From contig NW_024704742.1 in the NCBI RefSeq assembly GCF_018977255.1, positions 102,736,001 to 102,800,000 of the forward strand: a stretch of 64,000 nt of DNA, read 5' to 3'. The DNA comes from Callorhinchus milii. Its lineage: Eukaryota. Shown here piece by piece: positions 24,401 to 36,400 of the stretch. The notes under the pieces were generated by a model. It did no database searches, was not told the DNA's origin, and saw nothing but the letters and a program-made list of their open reading frames with translations. Both the position numbers and the translations under genes were made by a program. Numbering within the stretch: the first letter of the stretch is position 1; every line of letters begins with the position of its first letter.

Positions 24401-27400
24401 GGAGACCCCAAAAGGCAGAGGTCAACTGGAGATGGTGGATACCACGCAGTACAGACAAACAACAACCAGCAGGTAGAAGCGGACAACGTTGGGTTGACCC
24501 ATAGAAACCCTATCTCTCTCGCTCTCTCAGCTCTTCAACGCTCACATCAATGTAGAGTTTTGCAACTCTGTTAAGAGCATCAAATATTCACATATTTGTA
24601 CATATATTTTATACTCTTGCACAGCTGGGGAGGGCAGGGGCAGACAAACCTGCGCCCGATTGGACAGCTCAGTTGTCTATCAGCACCGCCCGGCATTGGC
24701 GGGGAAGCGAGGGGCTTGGGCCATGAGACATCACTAAACTTGGTGGTGTTCCATATTGGATCCTTTGGTTGCAAATGTAGCTGCAACAGGTACTGCTAGT
24801 CTGATATAACAGTAATAATTCTTGCTATAATCTTATCACAAAGATGAGACATCTCAAAGCAATTGACAGGATTTTACTGTGAAGTGTGATTGTTTATTTG
24901 TGAGTGAAGGATGATATTCCATCATTAAGTATATTAATGCATTGATGTACATTATATCTTCATATAATTTGAAATTATATGATTTTTTTCCCCGAGTGTA
25001 ATAATTTTTTCAAAAAAAGTAAAATAATTAATAATAATTTGGTCACTCAATCCACGACTACTTGTGGAACACTACTGTGTGTAATTGGCTGCTGCGTTTC
25101 GCCCACAAAATACACAGTCAATTCACTTTACGGTATATTCTATAAAGCGCTTTGAGATGTCTCGAAGATGTGATAAAGAATTATATCAAATGCAAGGATT
25201 ATTATTATTATTGCTATATTCTTGCAAGTGACTTGGAAATTATAACTTACCAAGTGATCTTTTTGCAGTTGTTGATGTATTCGGTTCCAGTTTGTGTTAT
25301 CATAATTAACTCGGCAGAAGCAAACTTGATTCACATTTAGTATGATCCATTCTTCATCGGTAGTAGTCTTTAATTCAGGAAATATTTCTACAAATGGCAA
25401 AAGAATCTCAATTACTACAAATCATTGAAGAACCTGAGCAGCATCAACTTGTTTAAAAACAATTTTTTGGATGGTGAAGTGACTGATTGTTTTGGATTTG
25501 GAATGAACAGCAGCAGGTGGGTGTAATGATGTTTGATCATCTTCCTGGTCTCACCATCTCCCTGCCTTCCAAATATTCCTGAAAACGTATCTTTTTCGAC
25601 CATAGTTATGGATAACCTCAGTAATTCTCCCTGCTCGGTGTTCCATATCATAATTGCCAGCATCTTGAGACATTCATTCTACCTGAGAGGTGTTACCTAT
25701 ATAGGTTATATACTTACAGCCAGAGTTATTTAGCCACAGTCTAAAATTCCAATGTTAGTTGGACTTTGCTTTCGCAAATGCCTGCTGCATTTGCAATGAA
25801 TATAGTTATTCAGTGTCTTGGCCAACAATCCCCTAAATAAAATTGGTCATCCACTTCATGGCTGTTTGTGGGATATTGCTGTGTGCAAACTGGCTGACGT
25901 ATACTCCCACAAAACACAGTCACTGCGCTTTACAGTATACTCTGTGAAGCTCTTTCAGACAGCTTCGCGACATGAACAACAACAACAAAATTACATTTGT
26001 ATAGCACATTTCACGTCAGGAGGACTTCCAAGGCCCTGGATAATCAGTGCTTCGGACCTGAGCTGGGGGTCGGGATCGGTGAGGGTGGAGGGCAGAAGGG
26101 AAAGGAGGGTGACTGAAGGCACAGTCAGAGAGGAGGGTCTTGAGACTGGTTTTGAAGGAGGCAAGGGAGGGGGCGAGGTGGAAAAATTGCGGGATGGAAT
26201 TCTGGAGGGTGGGTGCAGAGTGGCTGACAGGCCGCCTGCCAAAACTGGGGTAAGCGAGGCGGGGGACGTGAAGTAGGCTGGAGCCCGCTGAGCGGAGGGA
26301 GAAGGCAGGTTGGTAGGGGATTAGGAGGTTGCAGAGGTTGAGGGGAACAAGGCCATGGAGGGCTTTGAAAGTGAGGACCAGGATCCTTAGTGTGATGGGA
26401 AGCCAGTGGAGTCGAGCGAGGATGGGGATGATAGAGTTGCGGAGCCTGGTGCGGGAGAGGTGTTACCTGAGAGGTGTTATTAATAATAATAATAATAATC
26501 CTTGCCTTTGACATAGCACTTTTCACGTTGGGAGGCCGTCCCAAAGCGCTTCACAGAACACACTGTAAAGTGAATTGACTGTATATTTGTGGGCGAACGG
26601 AGGGATTGGAGGGATTATTATTAGGCGTGTGGAGTAAGGAAACTTGCCCAAGGTTTCGCCCTCTGCCTGGAATTGAACTCAGGTCTCTCGCTTGCAAAGC
26701 GAGTGCTCTAACCATTGAGCTACAGGACTCCTTACCTATGGGCTGTATAGTTATAACCATTGTCATTTAGCCACAGTCTATTCCCTCCTTCATTTCAAGG
26801 CACGCCGCTCTTTCGGTCATTTTTCTCCTCCCCATCCCTAACTCAGGTGCCCAATCCAGCACTGTGAATGCACTTTGGGTTGTCCTTCCGATGTGAAAGG
26901 CGCTGTAAAAATGTAAATTATATTTTTACTATAAATAGAGTATCTAGAGGATGTATACTAAGTGCAACGAAAATAGAATATATTTTCTCATATATCTCGC
27001 CCACTCCTGTGCTTACAAACTAAACAGTGACTGTCCAGTGATTTCCAATCCTGCTCCCCCCAAGTCTCCAAGAGCCTGGAAATAGAGGTGAGCAAGTCAG
27101 CAGCAAATCAACGGTTTCATTTCACAGGATGACCAAAAAGTTGTGACACCATTACAATATCTAATAAGTCTTAAATAAATTATGATATATATATGTTTTA
27201 GATAATAGGGTAGCTTTACATCTTTTTGGTCACCTGTACTTGATAAAGATCATTTCTCCTGTACTATCACCAGAATCCATTACAGACTGAAGTATTGAAG
27301 GACAATTTAGCTCAAGCCTTTTCATTCAACAAGGTTTGAATTATAGTGAAAGATTTTGTTTGGAAAGGCGTGCAGTGATTCGATTTCCAAAAGTTATGGA

Positions 27401-30400
27401 AACTTTCCTAGTGCATGTAACTTGTTCCAGTGACCTTTTTATTTTAGCATTTTCACATGCTGAAATCACAGGATTTCATCAACAGCAGATTTATACTGAG
27501 CCGGATTGATATTACCATGTAGTTCTATAAAAGTACTAACCGTTTTCTGTATCAAGCCAAAGCATAGGCTGCATGGACCCATTCTTCATCCAAAATATAG
27601 GAATAAACCAGGTGGAACTAAAAAAGCAATGCAAAATTCGGGAAGTTAATTCTCTCAATTCTTATTATTGTTTTTCTGCAAATGTTCCTACAATGTACAT
27701 TGCCACACTCCCGGCTATTTTACTGTAATTATCAAGAGTTAATGCAGGTTAGGGGAGCTCTGTGTATTTCATGCTACACAGAGCTTTCCCCAGCCCCAGC
27801 AAGTCATTGAGGTGAACACCAGTTTCCTGCTCTGAACTGCTCCACTTGCAGTAGCATAAACCTGGGATAAGCCAGGGGCCTCTGAGGGGAATCAATCTCT
27901 ATGGTGGAATTGGGAGCACCCTGACCCAGTTTCAAGATCTTGCTCCTCTAGAGCTTTGCTTGAAAACCAAAGGAAATAGTCGGGGGAAACAGGACTTTTC
28001 TAATAGCTATTTAATATTCCTGACTTGTTGATTCATTGGAATGGTAATTTTATTTGGCCTCACTGTAAGTAAAACAAACTGAGTGAATTGACTGAGTTTC
28101 CAGCATTTGATGTGCTGGGTCCATTATATTTAACCCATCTTTGCCTGAGAACCCATCTCTTCTGATAAAAATTGTGCAATTCCTTTGAGGGCTGGAGAGG
28201 TAAGTGTGGCTACACATCAGAATTCTCAGGAATCACTAGGGACAGCAACATTATAGGCAATTATTGGGAACCAACAAGATGATAGCTCTCACTTGTGATT
28301 ATTATTATTCCACTTTCAAGTTACATAGTGAGAGTTGATTGAATTTCTCCCACTATTTCAACTATGGTGAGCATTAATAATACTTGCTGTTAACTTGAGA
28401 AGCCTAGGGCAAACTGAGCACTCTGAAAGCCTTCACATGAACATACAAGATGCCAGCAATGAATCAAAGACACAATATTTATTTTTGTTAAAAGGACTCA
28501 CTTTCGGGTGAAGAAGTCATAGTCTATAGATATACCCAAAAATCTGCATGAGAGAGTGTCTCAATTATAACTAATGAAACACCATTGAATGTAAAATAGA
28601 AGCATTTTTGTTTGTCCAATATGGTGGTTTGATCAATGATGTAATAGGGGAGTTACTGAACAATAATTGATGATTCACTTTTGGCATTAAATACATCTTG
28701 GTGAGTGACCGAATATAATTGCGGGTATACTTAAAACAAAAGATGACTGTCCAGTGGTCTCCCACGGTTGGGATTTCACTGCTATTGGCTTTTCTCAGTC
28801 TGGGTGGTCCGGTTGATTAGTACGCTGTACTTTCACCTCTCTATCCTCCTTGGGATGGGGGGAAGTAACCAGGGTCACCTTGGAGCTGAACTGGCTCCAA
28901 GGTGACATGCCTGGCAATAGAATGTCAGATTAGAGCCAGCTCTTTGTGGCGGTTTCAGTAATCCGGTTCCTGGCTCAGGTGAGTCCACAATATTCCAGGG
29001 CACAGCCTCATCAGTGGGACTTGGAAGGGCAGACTGGTCACTGGGGGCAGGGAGTCATCCCACTCAGCTCCTATTAACCCTGCAGGCCAAAGCCCTAAAG
29101 GATAGGGTAGTCCTAGCTGGACAAGCAGTGGAAAGCTTCCCGGACAGCAATATCAATGGCAAGCTATGCAGTTTTAGCTAGTTAGACTTCAGCAGTACCC
29201 CAACACGTACACTTACCAACCTGCCCTAATACTTTCCTGAATTAGTAAGCAGGAGGCATCCCTCTGGGGAGGGAGTGTGCATTCCATTCCAACAACCTAT
29301 CTCTGGGATTTACATGTGTAGGTGGGATGTATGGAAATCTCAACTTGGTTTGGATACTCTTAAGCATGGTGATGGGTTACTGCATGTAACAATCACCCGA
29401 CTGTCCAAAAAAATATATACTTTCACCTCCTGGGTTTGAATCTAGCTCAGGTCAGTGGGATGAAAGTTTCCTCACTGTCTGATTCCTGGAAGGCTCCTAA
29501 CCAAAATGATTTGGGTAGCGGCCAGAGAGTGGGTGTGGATCCATAGAACTATCTAAAGTTTAGCAGTAATTTGAACAATGTTGGCAGTTTCATTGAGGTT
29601 AGCCACCACTATGGCTGGTGTGGGAAATGGGAATTTGACAAGAGTGTAATAGGTACGCATTGAGGTTGGATTTAAAGAACACTGTTGGAGCAGATTAAAA
29701 TACATTGTTTTCCATCAGCTATGCCTGACCTGGGAATGTATAATGCTAACACTGGATCACAAACTGTAAATGTTTTCTCATGCTCAGCACAAAAATGAAA
29801 TTCATCCAAGTAATACTATCACTCAGTAAGACAGACTGGAACTGTTAATTGTAACATGAAAGAAAGACTGCTTTTTCTCTCTGTGGTCCTTAAGCCCTTG
29901 GGTGAAAGGAAAAACAAGACATGGTTCATCCCAAATCTCAGAGTTTCCTCGTCCATCTTCTGACTAACATCTTCCTTCAGTGTGGTGGATCTCACACATG
30001 ATCGGCAGGAAACCTTTCTGGTGTACATCTGGGAACTGAACTCGGGTTATGAAGAACTGCGTTGGAACTTAGTCCTGCTTGAAGAGATGAAAAATGCATG
30101 TGTTGTGGGCCAGAATTCCTCCAGAGTAGCCTGCACTCAATAACTTTGTCAAGATGAACAGAACTTGCTCCCAGGAACAAATACTTAACTTGTTTTACAT
30201 TGCATTGTTGGATCCACTCAGTTATTTTAACCTACGGTACAGTGCATTGGAAAGTGCATTGGACGCGTGCCCAGAAACAGAATTTGTGATCTAATTTGTA
30301 ACTGCTGTCAGGAGGAGGAGAAATAAGATAGCTACTGTTTTGTTCAAAATAGTTTTAAAGAGGCATAACATCGCATCTGGCTTTTTGGTTATCAATGTCA

Positions 30401-33400
30401 TATGGTGCTGAAGAATCCAGCAACAACAACTTGCTCTATATAACGCCTTCACATAGAATGATAGTCAAGGCGACAGACACCTAGGAGGGAGGAAGCAGAG
30501 AAAATACCGTCACAAAAAATGAGTCACATTCAGCATCATCATAATTTAACCAATTACTTATCTTACAGCACAGTTGGAATGTACATAAATTAATACGTTG
30601 AAGAGGAAAATAATATGAAAGAAAAATGTAAGGGTAGAAGTATCTTCTGCTCGCTGGTAGGCCGTTGGAGTGAGTGACCCTTCACTTAGGTGAGACAGAA
30701 TGACCTACCATTTATTAAAACATAAAACTATTCTACGTACTTCAAGCTTTGCTTTCCGTCTGATTGGTCGATGTACTGTTCCTGCATTAGGCTTCCAGTG
30801 GATGTATTGACTGTTACAATAGGGAATCCACTTTGCACTATCCAAGTGTCAAGGATGTTTTTTATTGGTGCTGGTAGCTTCACCACATTCTGACTATCTA
30901 CAGCCTAGTGGAGAGGAGGTGACTATTAGTAAAAAAAAGTGATTATTATTACATTATCTATACCGAACATATTATTTCCCATTAATCAACCATTGACTAT
31001 CACTCGAACAACATGTAACGGTTATACCGATATTGTTCATCCTTCACTGCGGGCCTCATTACACTCCAGTGGCATGGAATGAATGGGTCATCAGCAGCGA
31101 TCATGACACAGAAAAATCCAACAATATTCACTCACTCACGGCATATGTTCTAAACAGTAATAGTTACTGTGGTGTGATTAGAAGGATGACATCTCACCTC
31201 GCAGTCTTAATGATGTTCAGAACCTGCTCAAGCTTCATCCTTATCATTTATGATGATACTGAAAGCCCCAAATTTCTTATGGTCTGAGCCTCAGGATCAA
31301 TGTCTTCAAATTCAAAATTGTGCAGAATTTGGGGGGGAAATGCAGAAAAACGGTTTTTACATTAAGATTGAATTTAAGATTTTCTCCAAATTCTGAATGA
31401 TCTTAAGTTTTAAGGCAAAGATTGTTACATAAAGTTCATAATTCAGATCCTTGAAGCCTTTGATAAGAATAACTGCCTTGTACTTACTGCAAGGAATCAC
31501 TACTCCTGGTACACTCCTGCCTCAGGTAGAATTTCAGAACGGTCACCTGCAGAATATTTCTCAAGAAGCCTGCAATACTGACTCCCGCAATTGTTAATCT
31601 ATTGCCAAAGCCAATCATAATAAATAATCCTTGCATTTTGATATAGCGCCTTATTATGTCTTCAAAATGACTCAAAGTCATTTCACAGAATATAAAGTGA
31701 ACTGACTGTATATTTTGTGGGTGAAACACAGCAGTCAATTGCGCACAACAGTGTCCCACCAATAGTCGTGGTATGAGTGACCAAATTATTATTTTTTGTT
31801 TTGAAGAAATTATACCTCCGGAAAAGCGACCCACCAAGCGATTAACAACCGGGGTCATACTTACTGCTAGATAAACAGAGGTGTGTGGAGTAAGGAAACT
31901 TGCCCAACATATCACCCAGCTGGGAATCAAAGCCAGGTCTCTCACTTGTGAGGTGAGTGCTCTAACCACTGAGCTGCAGGACTCCGATTGGATTTTGAGG
32001 ACACTCTAACATGTGTACACATTAATAACTATGACTGATATTAAAACTATTTTAAAATTATGTTATTTGTATTATGCAATATATTTATGCATCAAATAAC
32101 AGCAAAGAAAACTGTTAATGAGTATAAGGCAGCCATTTTATCTCAGGTGAGAGTAAATGTTCTGTCTTGTGGCCATCACATTGATTTCCTCACCACCACC
32201 CATTCCATAGGTATTCATTATTTTCTATGGAAGTTATAACATATTGATAAACTAATTCATAAGCATTGTTACCAATGTTTATGGATCAGTTTGTCAATGT
32301 GAACAACTTAAACTATTGTGAATTCATATTAAGTATAAAATAAAGCACAATAATAATAAATAAATAAAGCCTTGTAATACCATAACCGCCCCAAATTCTG
32401 TCCTCTAATCTTACAGTATTACCTGGCTTTAGAAAATGCTTAATTTTCTATGAAAAATTATTGAGGAACCTTGGCTCAAGTTAAATTCACTAATCTGGAC
32501 AATGATAAACAATTGAGTTTATCCCTGACTGGTGTAAAATGATGAAATATAAACCTGTGTGTAAAGTATCAAACTGAGCAGGAGAAATTTCAAAACCCAC
32601 AAAAATATACCAAAGTCTGTTCAGATAAGTTCCAACAAAATGGCCAATAAAACAGCCAAAATCAATGTGCAATAATGACTGAAGGCATGTACTGTTCTAG
32701 TGGACTTTATTAGCCACCACCTCAAATACAACCATATGTTCTGACCACATGATTTTAAAACAAATTTTTGAACAGTGTCATTTTACCTTTGAGCACTATT
32801 AGCTCAGCAGCAAGATATTGCAATTCTTTGACCTGCATAACAACTAAATAGAATACCTGAATAGAAATGACAGCAATGACATTCTGCTTGGATTTAGAAT
32901 TAATGGCTGTGTTGTGATACTTTAAACGGGTGCATTTCAGTTAAAAACTAACCTTAATTCAAGAATCATGTTCTGCTAATTTGAAACAGGCCTTAAAGTT
33001 ACTAGTAAGGCCGTGAAACCTGTTGATTTTATTTGAAATTATAATAATAATCCTTGCATTTGATATAGCACCTTATCACGTTATCAAGATATCTCAAAGC
33101 CCTTCACAGGATATATTGTAAACTAGATTGACTGTGTATTTTGTGGACAAAAATTACATGGGAAATACAGGACTCCAACGGCATGTTGAGGACAAATGCT
33201 ATATGAAAAGCAAGGATTATGTTATAACCTAACACGTGTACACGCATTGATAACTATGACTGTTTTTTGGGGACATAGAATACAGCAATAAGATAATAAT
33301 AATAATCCTTGCATTTAATATAGCATTTGTTACATTTTTGAAATGTCTCAAAGCACACCATAGGATAGTCCTGCTAGGTGCAGTCACTGTGTATTTGTAG

Positions 33401-36400
33401 GTGAACGCAACAATGAATTTGCACAAATCAATGTCCCACAAACAGCCATGAAGCTTTATCTTTTTATCTGAAGGCTTGCTAACCAACGAAAAAAGAAGAA
33501 ATTCCTTTTTTTTCAAGTAGTGCCGCAGAATCTTTAACATCCACCTGAACAGGCAGACAGGATCAGTTTAATGTCTCATCCAATGGTTGAAATTACATAG
33601 GTACTAAAATTAGTACAGGTGTTAGATCCAAACTAACTCTGGGCAGACATTATCAGAGCACCCAAGGACCCTGCAGATAAAAGCAAATCACAACTTTAAT
33701 AACAAAGAAAGAAACAAGTGATGATGACCCTGCAGGAGGATCAGCAGTGACCAGAGGCAAGAAAGCCTGAACATCGTGACTCATTTTTATTCCTAAGTTA
33801 TTTTAACTTGTGTTCCAATAAAGCACAATGATCGTATATAGAGTTACATAGGGAGATATGTCACAGAAACAGGCCATTCGGCACAACCAGTCCATGCTGA
33901 TATCTGTACGCCACATGAGCCCCCACCCTTTCTAACCCCATCTCCTATACCCTGCCATTCCCTTCTCACTCAAGTATGCATCAAGTTTTCTCTTAAATAC
34001 ATTGTTGCTTTTTGCTTCAACCACAGCTCAGGCAGTGAGTCCTACATTCTTACCACATTCGGGGTGAAGAAATTCCTCCTTATCGTCCTTTTTGATCCAC
34101 TACTAGCGATCTTATTTTACTTGCACTTATTTCCGATAAGTAATAAAAATGTCTGAAGAAAGTTTTAATAAATACGTGATTTATTATATACAGGGTGACC
34201 AAAAAGTCATGATAGCTACTCTATTATCTAAAAAATGCAAAAATAACATCATTTCTTTAAGAAATAATTGACCTTGTAATGGTATCACAAGTTTTTGGTC
34301 ACCCTGTATATATAACCTTTGTGCTATGTTGTGTACTTGCCTTTTCTTATACCCATTGTGTGTTATGATTTGTGTAGTACTATTGATTCTATCCTGTGCT
34401 CCCTTAATGGTGTCCTGTACCTTAGTGGTTAGAGCACTCACCAGGCAAGCGAGAGGACTTGGGTTTGATTCCCGGACAAAAAGTTTCCTTACTCCACACG
34501 CCTCTGTTCACCAAGTAGTAAGTAGGAACCCGGTTGTCAGTTGATTGGCATATTGCTTTTCCAGGGGTAATAATCCCTTCAAAAAAAATATTGCAATAAT
34601 AATTTGGTCACTCAATTCACCATTGTTTGGAGACACTGCTGTGCGCAACTTGCTGCTGCATTTCACCCATAAAGTATACAATCAATTCATTTTACAGTAT
34701 AATCTGTGAAGCGCTTTGAGATGTCTTGAAGATGTGATAAGACGCTACATCAAATGCAAGGATTATTATTATTATAGAGTGAGCCACAGTGGAAGTTCAA
34801 TTTGTAGAATCAGAAACAGCTTTTCTGTGTCACTTTCCCAACTTTGTTGGCCAGTCCATGACGTTTCTAATTCTGCTCCAAAATCAGTGAGGGTGCAACA
34901 GCAGTTGCTGTACTGGGAGGTCACGTTTCATTTCCTCCCCCAGAACTGTCCTTCAGAGAAAATTGAGTCACTGCATCAGTGCCGCTTGTTTGAGGGAATG
35001 TTTTCACAGGTACTGCTCTTTTCCGTTAGACTAGAGATGAGTGCCTGGTTAGCTACTGGAACAAATCCCTCAGATCTACTGATCAACAATTTTTGAAGAC
35101 AAAGATTCAAATTACAGCCATATGACCTGCTCTAAATAGCCCCCGAAGCTTCCTCATTCACATTGGGTTTGATAACATGGTGGGCGTAGACAACTGGGAT
35201 TCCATGTAGATCTCCACCCTGTTCATCCAGATCTTCAGGGCGTTCCTGCAGATTTTCCTCCACATAGCTGTTGTCTTGCAATCTCCTTTTTTAATGCAGG
35301 AACACCAAGTTCTACTTCCTCTGTACTTTCAGGAAAGATTTCCCCAGGCGAACTGTCAGCTCCTAAACTCCAGCAGTGTGCCTCCTCCCACCCCGTCTCC
35401 TTCACCAGTGCCTTGCGGTTCACTGTGTGCTCAACCCAATATTTCTCTCTTGTCTGTTGCTGTGATGTTGTGAACGTCATCTGGTATGTGCTCAAGTGAC
35501 CATGGGGTCAGCTGGGTTGGTTCCAGCTGCCACTCCTCCAATGGAACATTGACTGCAGATGTTGCTGAGGTTGTGCCAGTGTCTGAAGCAGTAAAACACA
35601 GTGGTGTATATTGGGTCATGTGTAAACCACATGTAAATGTGCATGTATTATATGCCCATGTGTTATTCACGTGCAAATAATAATAATCCTTGCATTTGAT
35701 ATAGCTCTTTTTCACGTCTTCTAGACGTCTCAAAGCGCTTCACAGAATATTTCGTAAAGTGAATTGATTGCATATTTGTGGGCAAAACGCGGCAGCCAAT
35801 TGCGCACAGCAGTGTCCCACAAACAGTCATTGAAGTGCCCAATTTATTACTGTTCTATCTCCCTGCAATTTCCAATTCAACACTGTGCACTCCGCAGCTG
35901 CAATTCCAACTACTGTTATACAATATGATTGCTGAGCTTGTTGAGACACCTTTCCAGATGCATAGTTGGTGAGCATTCCTGCTGGCTCCCTATTGCTGTA
36001 GTATGGTCAGCAGCGGTAAGCGGTTACCACTTCTGTGGCTGCAAAAAAAGACTCTGTAACCAACTATGTGGGATCTAGTTAGCCAACCACCAATGCCAAA
36101 ATAGGCCATGAAATCCCTGAGACAAAGTGCACACACATCAGGATAACAGTGAATCTATGGGAAACAAGCTATTTAAAAAAGAAAAAGTGCAGAATGCTCG
36201 AAACCTGAAATTAAAAAAAGATGAATGTGATGTGCAAGTAAAGACTAACTTGAGTAAGGCCATGATCAGGTCAGTGAGAGTGAAGTGCCCCTTTATCACA
36301 AGATTGGTTATGGATGAGAAGGCTCTTTGGTCCATCCGATCTCATTCTTTCTGAATCCCGAATACTCAACCTCGCGTTACCAAGTTGCTTCTTATATGAG

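Larger units (their letters stand above)
22006..24799 (+). mobile_element. decayed Helitron (RepHel N-terminus and Rep domain; helicase deleted)
   Basis: [33 protein letters not shown]; Rep motif [13 protein letters not shown] (23693); motif [17 protein letters not shown]; motif [18 protein letters not shown]; 3' CTAG|T; many frameshifts and stops. Confidence 0.93.

Noticed and set aside
32787..32856. Open minus-strand segment between AG and GT in intron 9
   Set aside because: No M1 similarity, 70 nt would shift frame, and exons 9 and 10 already join correctly.
35100..35670. GC-richer coding-looking stretch
   Set aside because: No motif I can assign; possibly a decayed retroelement.
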